Assembly: GCA_964437835.1 (NCBI GenBank)
Contig: CAYTJA010000088.1
Coordinates: 1,357-65,356 of the forward strand
Reading direction: 5' to 3'
DNA length: 64,000 nucleotides
DNA from: an uncultured Spirochaetales bacterium
GTDB taxonomy: Bacteria > Myxococcota_A > UBA9160 > SMWR01
Made by a program: the position numbers and the translations under genes
The notes under the pieces: model-generated
Database searches by the model: none
Seen by the model: only the letters and a program-made list of their open reading frames with translations
What the model was told of the DNA's origin: nothing
Part shown: one piece after another, positions 18,215 to 26,912 of the stretch
Layout of the letters: every line of letters starts with the position of its first letter
Position numbering within the stretch: the stretch's first letter is position 1

Positions 18215-20653
18215 CTACCCGGTCAGCGCAGGAACACCGATCGGTGTCGAAGCCACCAGGCCCAGGGCTTCGAGCTCGGCGATTTCCTCGTCGCCGAGGC
18301 CAGCGACCTCGCGCAGGATGGCCAGGTTGTCCGCCCCGAAATCCGGCGCGAGCCGCCGGACGCAGCGGCCCGCGCCGGCGGGCCGCCACTCCCAGCCGTG
18401 CATGCTCCACGCGCCGCCGGCCGGGTGCTCCACCCGTTCGTAATATCCGCGCGAGCGCAGCTGCGGGTCTTCGAGCAGCTCGTCCATGCGTTGCACGGGC
18501 GCTGCGGGCACGCCCTCGGCCAGGCAGCGCTGGAAGATCTCGGTCTTCGAATGCAGGCGCGTCCACGCCGAGAGCCGCTGATCGATCTCCTCGCAGCGCG
18601 CCCAGCGCGCCTCGGAGCTCGCCAGGGCTGCGTCGCGCGCCCATTCCGGGTCTTGCATCGCGCGCTGCAAGCCTCGCCACTGCGCGTCGGTCTCGACGGC
18701 GATCGCGATCCATTCGTCGTCTCCGGCGCAGGCATAGGCGCCGTGCGGCGCGCAGCCCTCGCGGCGGTTGCCCTGCTGCTGCGGCTCCAGGCCAGAGTGA
18801 CTCCACTCGACGAAGGCCTCGCCGATCATCGCGACCAACACGTCGAACTGCGAGAGGTCGACGTGCTGGCCCCGGCCGCTGCGGCGCCGGTGCAGCAGCG
18901 CAGCGAACGCGGCGGCGGCCGCCGCGATCGCTGCGACCGGGTCGCCATAGGCGTATCCGGTCGCCTGCTGCGGGCGCCCGTCCCCAAAGCCCGTCAGGCT
19001 CGCGAGTCCGGACAGCTGCTCCATCACCGGCCCGTAGCCGGGGCGCTCGCGCTCGGGACCGGTCTGTCCGAAGGCCGCCATGCTGACGAGGATCACGTCC
19101 TCGCGCTGCGCGCGCAGCCAGTCGTAGCCGATGCCCAGGCGGTCGAGCACGCCCGCGCGGTAGTTCTCGATCACGAGATCGGAGCGGCGCACCAGCGCCG
19201 CCAGCACCTCGCGCCCGCGCGGCTGCGAGAACTCCAGGCCGAGCGAGCGCTTGTTGCGGCTGTACTCCTGGAAGTAGGCGCAGGTATTCCACCAGTCCTG
19301 CTCGCGGCCCGGCCCCGGCGGAACCGCACAGCGGTTCATGTCCCAGCGGCTCGGAGCCTCGATCTTGATCACGTCGGCGCCCTGGTCCGCGAGCAACATC
19401 GCGGCGTAAGGACCTGCCCACACCTGTCCCAGATCGAGGACACGCACACCGTCGAGGGGCAGGCCCTTAGGAGCGCTCCGCCGAGGCTCGGGCCGAGGCG
19501 AAGCCTCGCCGCGTGCCGGCGCACCCAGCAGCTCGCGCGTGTCGGCGCCGCTCGGCGCTGCCGCTGCGCGGACCCACTCGTAGGCATCGCTGCGCCAGAG
19601 GCGCCCCGGCTGGAGCAGCTGCTTCGATCCCTCGAATGCTACGCGCGTGAAGAACTCGCGGTGGGCGAGCTGTGCCGACGCCGCCACCTCGCGAACCGAT
19701 CGCACGGCGCTGAGGGGCACTCGCGCGCTTCGGCCCAGGGCTTCGACCTCGGCGCAGCTGCGCTTGCGAAACCACGCCTCGAGCAGCGGAAACAGGATCG
19801 CCTCGTCCTGTTTGTTCCGCTCCATGAACGCCGCGCTGGCGGCGACTTCCGGCACGCCCATCGCCTCGGCCACGTGCGCGCGGTCGCGCGGCGTCGCGGA
19901 GAGGCCCGCCCAGCCGTCGGCCGTCTGGTAGAGGCGCCAGAGGATTCGCGGCCGCTGGCGCGGCAGCTTCACGCCGAGCTGGGAATAACGGCCCGTGTGG
20001 TGCCCGACGATGGCCGCGGCGACCTCGAAGGCCGCCACCTCGAGATCGCTGCCGGGCCCCGCCCAGAGTACGGTGAGCGCAGCCGCAAACGCGTGCAGGC
20101 CCGTCAGGTACTCCACCTGGTCGCCCCATTGGACGAGCGGCGGCCCGCCCGTGGTACCCGCGTGCCACATCAACCCGGAAAGCGCCGCGAGCGTGAAGGG
20201 GGTGAACGGGATCCCGGCATGCGGGCCGCCCCCGTCTCCGAACGGTGTCACCCGAACCCTCGGCAGGTCGGCGAGGCGATCCGGATCGAGGTTCCAGGTT
20301 CCGGCGCACCAGCCGGTTCCGTCGAGCACGAGATCGGCGCCCGCCAGCAGCGACTCGAGTCGCAGCCTTTCCTCGGCACTGCTCAGGTCCACGACGACGC
20401 TGCGCTTCGCCGTATCGAGATAGGCGTGCCGCGTTCCGCTCGCAGCCGCGCCGGGGCGCCGTGGCGTCCGCTCCCGCTGCGCGGGATCCCCTCCCTTCGG
20501 CTCGACGCGGATCACTTCGGCGCCGAGCCCCGCGAGCCACTTTCCCGCGAACGCGCAGGCGACGCCGCCCCCGAGCTCGATGACGCGCACACCCCGCAGC
20601 GGCCCGCCCAGGCCGGCTTCGCCTGCGCCCGCGGCAGACGCAGCGCGCTTCAC
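18215..20653 (-). CDS. Tandem fusion of two family III (CaiB/BaiF/Frc-type) CoA-transferase domains
   Basis: 812 aa. The second half has the canonical LDGVRVLDLGQVWAGPYAAMLLADQGADVIKIEAP N-terminal motif. The first half has a weaker version (LRGVRVIELGGGVACAFAGKWLAGLGAEVIRVEP). The GTG at 20653 overlaps the DUF35 stop. Confidence 0.8.
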   Translation of the reverse strand: MKRAASAAGAGEAGLGGPLRGVRVIELGGGVACAFAGKWLAGLGAEVIRVEPKGGDPAQRERTPRRPGAAASGTRHAYLDTAKRSVVVDLSSAEERLRLESLLAGADLVLDGTGWCAGTWNLDPDRLADLPRVRVTPFGDGGGPHAGIPFTPFTLAALSGLMWHAGTTGGPPLVQWGDQVEYLTGLHAFAAALTVLWAGPGSDLEVAAFEVAAAIVGHHTGRYSQLGVKLPRQRPRILWRLYQTADGWAGLSATPRDRAHVAEAMGVPEVAASAAFMERNKQDEAILFPLLEAWFRKRSCAEVEALGRSARVPLSAVRSVREVAASAQLAHREFFTRVAFEGSKQLLQPGRLWRSDAYEWVRAAAAPSGADTRELLGAPARGEASPRPEPRRSAPKGLPLDGVRVLDLGQVWAGPYAAMLLADQGADVIKIEAPSRWDMNRCAVPPGPGREQDWWNTCAYFQEYSRNKRSLGLEFSQPRGREVLAALVRRSDLVIENYRAGVLDRLGIGYDWLRAQREDVILVSMAAFGQTGPERERPGYGPVMEQLSGLASLTGFGDGRPQQATGYAYGDPVAAIAAAAAAFAALLHRRRSGRGQHVDLSQFDVLVAMIGEAFVEWSHSGLEPQQQGNRREGCAPHGAYACAGDDEWIAIAVETDAQWRGLQRAMQDPEWARDAALASSEARWARCEEIDQRLSAWTRLHSKTEIFQRCLAEGVPAAPVQRMDELLEDPQLRSRGYYERVEHPAGGAWSMHGWEWRPAGAGRCVRRLAPDFGADNLAILREVAGLGDEEIAELEALGLVASTPIGVPALTG

Positions 20654-21099
20654 GGAGCCCTCGCGGGGTCGGGGGTCGCGGCGGGTCTGAACAAGGGCAG
20701 GCTCAGCTCACTCGAGAGGTCTTCGAAGACCACGCAGACGGGCATCCCGATGCGAATGGAGTCGTTGGGGCAATCGATCAGATTCGAGACGATCCGGATG
20801 CCCTCTTCGAGCTCGACGAGAACGACGTTGTAGGGGACCTGATCGGCCCAGAACGGATGCAGCAGCTGGTGCACGATGGCGTAGCTGTAGATCGTGCCGC
20901 GCCCGGAAGCGGGCGCCCATTCGAATTCCAACGCATGACACTCGGGGCACATGGGCCTCGGGTCGTGGCGATAGGCCCTGCACTCGAGACACCTCTGGAG
21001 CACCAGGCGGTGATTCCTGGCGCCCTCCCAATAGCCTTGGGTGTCGGGAGTGGGATCCGGCCGCGGCCTGGTTGCCGCGGGTTCATTCGAAGCGGTCAT
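20650..21099 (-). CDS. DUF35 Zn-ribbon/OB-fold protein (thiolase partner, BbsA-like)
   Basis: CxxC...CxxC rubredoxin-like ribbon (CLECRAYRHDPRPMCPEC) followed by an OB-fold segment (GTIYSYAIVH). It lies directly downstream of an SCP-x-type thiolase, the usual pairing. Confidence 0.85.
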   Translation of the reverse strand: MTASNEPAATRPRPDPTPDTQGYWEGARNHRLVLQRCLECRAYRHDPRPMCPECHALEFEWAPASGRGTIYSYAIVHQLLHPFWADQVPYNVVLVELEEGIRIVSNLIDCPNDSIRIGMPVCVVFEDLSSELSLPLFRPAATPDPARAP

Positions 21100-21126
21100 G
21101 CAGAGGACCTCGCGTGGAAGGACGCT

Positions 21127-22320
21127 TCAGGACCGGCTCAGGATCAGCCCGCTGGTCGGTACCCCATCGGCGCTGGTGACCAGCACGTGCTCCGCATCTT
21201 CCACCTGGGAGGTCGAAGTGCCGCGGGTCTGGCGCACCGCCTCCACGATGTGATTGAAGCCGTGGATGTAGGCTTCGGCGACGAGTCCGCCGTGCGTGTT
21301 GACCGGCAATTCGCCGCCGAGTTCGATGCGGCCGCCTGCCACGAAGGGCCCCCCCTCCCCGGGCTTGCAGAACCCGAGGTCCTCGAGGCTCAGCAATACC
21401 AGCGGGCCGAAGTGGTCGTAGATCTGCGCGACGTCGATGTCGTCTCGACGCAGATCGGCCATTTCGAACAGGAAGTTCGCCATCTGGGCCGTCTCTTCCA
21501 TTCCCGTCAGGCGCTTCCGATTGTAGGCGGTGATCGGATACAGGTTCGGGCCGCCGGAACCCTGGGCCATCGCCCGGATGTACGAAGGGGCGTGGCGGAG
21601 ATCCCTGGCCCGCTCCGCAGTGGTGACCACGAGCGCACAGGCTCCATCCGTTTCGAGACAACAGTCGAAGAGCCGCAGCGGGTCCACGATCATCCGGGAG
21701 TCGAGATAGTCCTGCATCGTGATGGGCTTGCCGTAGAAGCGCGCCTGGGGATTGCGAGCGGCGTGTTTGCGCGCCGCGACTGCGATCGCTCCGAAATGCT
21801 CGTAGGTCGTTCCGAACTCGTGCATGTGGCGTCTGGCCCAGAACGAGGAGTAGTGCGCGGGAGTGAAGAAGCCGAAGGGAGCCAGGAAGGACGTGAATCC
21901 GGGAACCGGGGTGTCGAGGTCCTTGCGCGCCCGCTTCTTGTCGTATTGGCCGTAGCGGAATTCCGAGGAGCTGTTCAGCGCGCGGAAGCAGAGCGCGTAC
22001 TTCGCCATTCCCGTGGCCAGGGCGAGCGCCGCGTGCCCCACGACGCCGCATGCGGATCCACCACCGTGACCGACCGAACCGAGATGGCTGAGGTTCCGGA
22101 TCCCCAGGCCATTGATCATGGCGGCCTCGTCGACGGTCGTGGTCTGATAGGCCGGGATCGTGATGCAATCGATGTCGTGCGGCGAGATTCCCGCGTCTTT
22201 GCAGGCGGCGACGGACGCTTCGAGCGCCAACTGATATTCGCTCCTGCCCGAGCGGTTGGAGAACTCCGTACAGCCGATGCCCACGATGGCCGTCTGGTTC
22301 CGAAGCGCCCTGGCATCCAT
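21127..22320 (-). CDS. Thiolase-fold protein, SCP-x/lipid-transfer-protein type
   Basis: N-terminal TAIVGIGCTEFS, 397 aa, thiolase-like C-terminal NTHGGLVAEAYIHG. Paired with the DUF35 protein. Confidence 0.85.
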   Translation of the reverse strand: MDARALRNQTAIVGIGCTEFSNRSGRSEYQLALEASVAACKDAGISPHDIDCITIPAYQTTTVDEAAMINGLGIRNLSHLGSVGHGGGSACGVVGHAALALATGMAKYALCFRALNSSSEFRYGQYDKKRARKDLDTPVPGFTSFLAPFGFFTPAHYSSFWARRHMHEFGTTYEHFGAIAVAARKHAARNPQARFYGKPITMQDYLDSRMIVDPLRLFDCCLETDGACALVVTTAERARDLRHAPSYIRAMAQGSGGPNLYPITAYNRKRLTGMEETAQMANFLFEMADLRRDDIDVAQIYDHFGPLVLLSLEDLGFCKPGEGGPFVAGGRIELGGELPVNTHGGLVAEAYIHGFNHIVEAVRQTRGTSTSQVEDAEHVLVTSADGVPTSGLILSRS

Positions 22321-22417
22321 GGTCCCTCCTCGAGCGGTCGTCGTGCCGCTGCCGCGGCGCGCCGCAGCGTCGCGCGCAGCGGTGGTGGAGCAACCCCCCG
22401 CGCGCGTGGGTGGAAGT

Positions 22418-23599
22418 TCAGATGACTCCAGAGGCGCGCAGCTCGCACAGCCGTTCGGCGTCGAGGCCGAGCAGCGCCGCGAGCACCTGATCGGTGTGCG
22501 CGCCGGCCTCGGGCGCGGGCGCCGCCTCGAAGCGCTGGCCCGCGACGAGGATCGGCGGCCCCAGGCTGCGCAGCTTGCCGGCCACGGGATGCTCCTGTTC
22601 GAAGATCAGGCCTCGCGCGCGGAAGTGCGGGTCGTCGGCGAGATCCGCCGGATCGTTCACCGGCCCGCCGGGCACATTGTGCTCGATGAAGAATTTCACC
22701 CACTCCGCGCGCGTGCGCGTCGCGAAGATCCCGGCCAGGATGCCGCGCAGCTCTTCGTCGCCGCGGGCGTGCTCCGAGGCCTGCCGGTTCGGCGAGCGCG
22801 CGATCAGGTCTTCGCGCCCGATGCCCTCGCAGAAGCTGCGCCAGAACTTCCGCTCGCTGGCCTGGAAGATCACGAACTTGCCGTCGCTGCAGCGGTAGTA
22901 CTGGTAGCGGACGGACTCCTGCATCCCCTCGTACCGCGTCTCGACCTGGTTCAGCGCGGCGTCGATCTGCATGGCCTGCCAGGCCGCAGAGCAGTCCATC
23001 TGCGCGATTTCCAGCTTGCGTCCCACGCCGGTCCGCTGCGCGCGCACGAGTGCCGCGGCCACGCCTAGCGCGGCGTAGAGCGCGCCCGCGACGATGCCCA
23101 CCTGGGTGTTCTGCTGGATGTAGGGAACGCCGTCGGCCCGGAAGCCCGGCGGCGCCAAGCCCGCGTAGGCGTCGTAGGCCAGGCCGTGGGTCGCCAGCTC
23201 CCGGTAAGGCCCCGATTGCCCGGTGCCGTTCAGCGAGCAGTACACGATCGCCGGGTTGACCTCGCGCACGCGCTCGTAGCCGACGCCGTAGCGCTCGAGC
23301 GCTCCGGCGCGCAGCCCGTCGATCACCACCTGGGAACGCTCGGCCAGCTGCAGGAACAGCGCGCGCCCGGCGTCCTGATGCAGGTCGATCAGCACGCTCT
23401 GCTTGCCGCGGTTCCAGCGCAGGTGCAGCAGGCTGCGCCCGCCGAGGTGGCTGTTGCCGACGACGCGCACATAGTCGCCCTCGGGCGGCTGCTCGATCTT
23501 GATCACCTCGGCGCCGAGGTCGGCCAGGTGCATGCCCAGCGAGTCGGGCGAGAGCAGCGCCACCTCGAGCACGCGGATTCCGTCGAGCAGGTCGTACAT
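22418..23599 (-). CDS. Family III CoA-transferase (CaiB/BaiF family)
   Basis: LDGIRVLEVALLSPDSLGMHLADLGAEVIKIE N-terminal motif, ~393 aa. ATG 23599 was chosen, and the listed 491-aa form is a false extension. Confidence 0.85.
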   Translation of the reverse strand: MYDLLDGIRVLEVALLSPDSLGMHLADLGAEVIKIEQPPEGDYVRVVGNSHLGGRSLLHLRWNRGKQSVLIDLHQDAGRALFLQLAERSQVVIDGLRAGALERYGVGYERVREVNPAIVYCSLNGTGQSGPYRELATHGLAYDAYAGLAPPGFRADGVPYIQQNTQVGIVAGALYAALGVAAALVRAQRTGVGRKLEIAQMDCSAAWQAMQIDAALNQVETRYEGMQESVRYQYYRCSDGKFVIFQASERKFWRSFCEGIGREDLIARSPNRQASEHARGDEELRGILAGIFATRTRAEWVKFFIEHNVPGGPVNDPADLADDPHFRARGLIFEQEHPVAGKLRSLGPPILVAGQRFEAAPAPEAGAHTDQVLAALLGLDAERLCELRASGVI

Positions 23600-23712
23600 G
23601 TCAGATTGCCGTAGGCCGCATCGAAGTCTTTTCAGTTTACTCACAGCATGAGAGGCTGTACTAGAGGAATCGCGCTTCTTTGGGCGCGGAGCCGCCGCAG
23701 GAGGGATCCGCC

Positions 23713-24585
23713 GTGAAGTTCGGTTACACATTATTCGGGGTCCGTCCGACCGAGTACGCGGCCGTCGCGCAGCGCGCGGAGACCGCGGGTTTCGAGTCGG
23801 TCTGGATGCCCGAGCACCTGGTGTTCCCGGCGGAGCTGCCGGCAACCTACCCCTACTCGGAGACCGGCCTGCCCCCGGTCTATGCAGGTTCACCCCTCTA
23901 CGATCCGTGGGTGACCCTCGCGTACGTGGCCGCGAGCACGGAGCGGATCCGGCTCGGGAGCCACGTCTACATCCTGCCGCTGCGCCATCCGCTGGTGACC
24001 GCGCGCGCCTTCACCACCCTCGACGTGCTCTCGAACGGCCGCGCGATCCTCGGCGCAGGCGTCGGCTGGCTCGCCGAGGAGTTCGCCTTCGTCGGGGAAT
24101 CGTTCCAGAACCGCGGCAAGCGCAGCGACGAGATCATCGGGCTGCTGCGCAAGCTCTGGACCGAGAAGATCGTGCACCACGTGGGCCCCAGCTACGAGCT
24201 CGGCCCGCTGCGCTTCGAGCCCAAGCCGGTGCAGAAGCCGGGCCCACCGATCGAGATCGGCGGTACCAGCGACGCAGCCGTCGAGCGCGCGGCACGGCTC
24301 GGCGACGGCTGGCTCGCGACGGGCCCGCTCGAGCTCGACACCCTGGCCGCTCGCATCGAGCAGATCCACGCGCTTCGCCGCGAGCGGGGTCGGGCCGAGC
24401 TGCCCTTCGAGATCTCGATGGGCAACCGGCTGCCGCTCGACCGGAGCAGCGTGCAGCGCTATGCGGAAGTCGGCGTGACGCGCCTGATGCTCGGGCCGCC
24501 CTTCCCGGCAGACGGAAAGTTTACGCTCCGCTACTTGACTGACTTCATCGACCGCTGCGGCGACGAGGTCATCTCCAACGGCTGA
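23713..24585 (+). CDS. Luciferase-like monooxygenase (LLM) class flavin/F420-dependent oxidoreductase
   Basis: KFGYTLFG...AETAGFESVWMPEHLVFP...RIRLGSHVYILPLRHP...NGRAILGAGVGW is typical of LLM TIM-barrel oxidoreductases. The GTG at 23713 is preceded by GGAGGGA. Confidence 0.85.
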   Translation: MKFGYTLFGVRPTEYAAVAQRAETAGFESVWMPEHLVFPAELPATYPYSETGLPPVYAGSPLYDPWVTLAYVAASTERIRLGSHVYILPLRHPLVTARAFTTLDVLSNGRAILGAGVGWLAEEFAFVGESFQNRGKRSDEIIGLLRKLWTEKIVHHVGPSYELGPLRFEPKPVQKPGPPIEIGGTSDAAVERAARLGDGWLATGPLELDTLAARIEQIHALRRERGRAELPFEISMGNRLPLDRSSVQRYAEVGVTRLMLGPPFPADGKFTLRYLTDFIDRCGDEVISNG

Positions 24586-24676
24586 TCGGCAGGGCGCCTG
24601 TAGAACGCCCGCTGCGCGTTCCAGCGCCCGCGCGGTGGCGCGCGCGCGCGGCCAGCTTCACGCGACTGGATGTCGT

Positions 24677-24711
24677 TTGACAGGAGGCAAACGTGCGTCA
24701 TTATGACGCAC
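24677..24711 (+). promoter_or_regulatory. Putative sigma70-type promoter with overlapping palindromic operator for vapBC
   Basis: TTGACA (24677-24682), a 16-nt spacer, then CATTAT (24699-24704). A perfect 9+1+9 palindrome GTGCGTCAT-T-ATGACGCAC (24693-24711) overlaps the -10 element and ends at the ATG at 24712. Confidence 0.5.
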
Positions 24712-24957
24712 ATGCGCAGAGCGACGGTTCGTGAGGCTCAGCACAACCTTCCGAAGATCCTGCGGGCGGTGACCGACGGGGAGAGCGTCGAAATCACCCG
24801 CAGGAACCGGGTGGTGGCCCGGCTCGTGCCGGTGTCCCCTCGGCCTTCGCAGGGGCTCCCCGATTTCGTCGCTCGTGCCCGCGCCATCTGGGGCAGGCGC
24901 CCCGCTGGGCAGCCGACGAGCGCGACCGTGCTCGAGGCGCGCGACGAGCGACCGTGA
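24712..24957 (+). CDS. vapB: Phd/YefM-type antitoxin partner of VapC
   Basis: MRRATVREAQHNLPKILRAVTDGESVEITRRNRVVARLVP is a typical Phd/YefM-fold N-terminus. The stop overlaps the toxin GTG (GTGA). Alternative in-frame starts at 24703 and 24670. Confidence 0.75.
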   Translation: MRRATVREAQHNLPKILRAVTDGESVEITRRNRVVARLVPVSPRPSQGLPDFVARARAIWGRRPAGQPTSATVLEARDERP

Positions 24958-25394
24958 GCCTGTGGCTCGACACGAGTGTTCTCGTTTCCCTGTATGTGCC
25001 GGAGGCGAGGTCCGACCGCGTGGCACGGCTCGTAAGGCGCGTGGGCGAACCCATCCCCTTCTCTCGGCTGCATGAATTGGAATTCGTAAACGCGCTCCGA
25101 CTTCGCATGTTCCGCCGCGAAGCGAGGCCGAAGGCCGTGGACGCCACGCTCGCGCGCATCGCCGAGGATTTGCACGAGGGCGTGCTCCGGCGCTCCGAGA
25201 TCGAGTGGCCCGCAACCTTCGCGAAGGCCCTCGAGCTGGCGAACCGATTCACCCCCCGTGTCGGCTCCCGGTCGCTCGACCTGCTGCATGTGGCAGCGGC
25301 AATCCTGGCGCGCAGTGATCCCTTCGTGACCGCCGACCGCCGCCAGAGCACGGTCGCTCGCCAGGCCGGCTTGAGAACGACCCGGATCGCCTGA
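24954..25394 (+). CDS. vapC: PIN-domain toxin VapC
   Basis: LWLDTSVLVSLY (first acidic PIN residue) ... SLDLLHVAAA ... FVTADRRQ (distal acidic residues), 146 aa. Coupled to the upstream antitoxin. Confidence 0.85.
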   Translation: MSLWLDTSVLVSLYVPEARSDRVARLVRRVGEPIPFSRLHELEFVNALRLRMFRREARPKAVDATLARIAEDLHEGVLRRSEIEWPATFAKALELANRFTPRVGSRSLDLLHVAAAILARSDPFVTADRRQSTVARQAGLRTTRIA

Positions 25395-25492
25395 GCCGCG
25401 TACCTCGGGCTCGGGTGCCGCATGGGATGAGCAGGGAGTTGGCGCGGCGGCGGTCACGCCTAGCGCATCCGGGCTTGCCCTCGGATCTGGCC

Positions 25493-26575
25493 TCAGAATT
25501 CGATCGAGAGTCCAACCGTGGTGCGGAAGTCGTTGCTCTCCGGCTCGACGCCGGTGGTCCCCTGCGAGGGGTTCTCGATGCGATCCCAGGTGAAAGAGAC
25601 ATCGAGGTCGAGCGGTCCCCAGATTTCGAAGGAGAGCGTCGAGAGGCTGTGGTGGTTGGTGTTTCCGAGCTCGGTGACCACCAGCTGGAGCTGATAGCTG
25701 CTCTCGAACTCGATTCCGCGCCTCGGATCCATGTCGATCGAAGTGCTGAACAGCACGGCGGCGTTCTCACTGACGGCGCTCTGCGAAGCGGTGGAGGCGA
25801 AGCGCGTGTGCTGGAGGCCGGCACCCAGGGTCACGTCCCATTCGATCCGGGGGCGGTCGACGACCGTGTAGCCGAGGCCCGCGCCGGCCGTGATCCGGGT
25901 CTGGATGTTCTGGAATTCGTCGGTGTAGTACTCGAGCGACGGAACCGTCACGTAGAGGCGCCCCGTCAGGTAGAGATCGAAAGCCGACGTGACGCGGTGA
26001 TTGTTCGAGGTCTCGTCGCTCTCGACGCTGCTGAACCCGCCGTTGTATTCGTTTCGCAGGCGCGTGAGCGCCGTCTCCCTCAGGATCCGGGCCTGCCCGT
26101 CGAGGTCGAACTGATCCGTGTTGCCCTTGCGGGAGCTGAGGCCCAGGCTGAGCTTTCCCGACCAGTAGTCCCACTCGGAGCCCGTGCCCTCCGTGATCGC
26201 TTCGAGGTCACGGGAGGCGAACTCCACCACGTCGCCCTGCTCGGTGCGGATGCGGATGACGCCGCCCTGCAACTCCCCCGAGCCGCGCGCGAGCACGCGC
26301 CCGGTGAAGCGGAAGGTGTGAGGCCGCTGCAGGCGAAAGGCCGCCACGTCCTCCCAGTCGATTTCGAGGTCTTCGAGCTCCTTGCTGTCGAAGTTCAGCG
26401 ATTCGTCGCGCAGGCGCTCGAAGTCACCGCGCAGCCACTCTCCCGAAGTCAGCTCGAGCCAGTCGTCGGCGCCCGGCTCGGGCGGGGACGGCTGCCACGG
26501 TACAGTGGCGCCGTCCTGATTGGCGGCAGCCGCGGGCGCGTGGCATAGCGCGGCCGCCAGGGCGCAGGCCCGCAA
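25493..26575 (-). CDS. DUF481-like outer-membrane beta-barrel protein
   Basis: Alternating beta-strand pattern with a terminal ...VGLSIEF (C-terminal Phe typical of OMPs). WSGKLSLGLSSRKGNTDQ resembles DUF481. A signal-like LRACALAAALCHAPAAAA segment is present. The start is uncertain: TTG 26575 is chosen provisionally because no in-frame ATG/GTG lies just upstream. Confidence 0.6.
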   Translation of the reverse strand: MRACALAAALCHAPAAAANQDGATVPWQPSPPEPGADDWLELTSGEWLRGDFERLRDESLNFDSKELEDLEIDWEDVAAFRLQRPHTFRFTGRVLARGSGELQGGVIRIRTEQGDVVEFASRDLEAITEGTGSEWDYWSGKLSLGLSSRKGNTDQFDLDGQARILRETALTRLRNEYNGGFSSVESDETSNNHRVTSAFDLYLTGRLYVTVPSLEYYTDEFQNIQTRITAGAGLGYTVVDRPRIEWDVTLGAGLQHTRFASTASQSAVSENAAVLFSTSIDMDPRRGIEFESSYQLQLVVTELGNTNHHSLSTLSFEIWGPLDLDVSFTWDRIENPSQGTTGVEPESNDFRTTVGLSIEF

Positions 26576-26912
26576 CCCGGCGCTGCCGGCGCAGATCCAC
26601 CGCTCGAGAAGCGGCGCGCGCCCCGAAGCAGTCCGGCGCGATTTGCTAGTTCTGCCATGGGGGGAGATTCGCCAGCACCGCGCTGGCCATCTGGAAGAGA
26701 GCTGGGCTCCGAGCAGCACAGCGCGCGGATCTCTTCCGAGGGGCTCCTGCACGCGGGCCGAGGATCGGTGGCCGGCGCTGGCAGCGCAAGGCCGCCGCGG
26801 CGCAGCAGAGGGCCCGCGCTTGCCGCGGCCTCCCCACGGCTGGCTGCTCACCCTCCGCGCCCCCTCACTCGCTGCAACGCTTCCCATCTGCCCACGGCTC
26901 CGGCGCTTCGAC

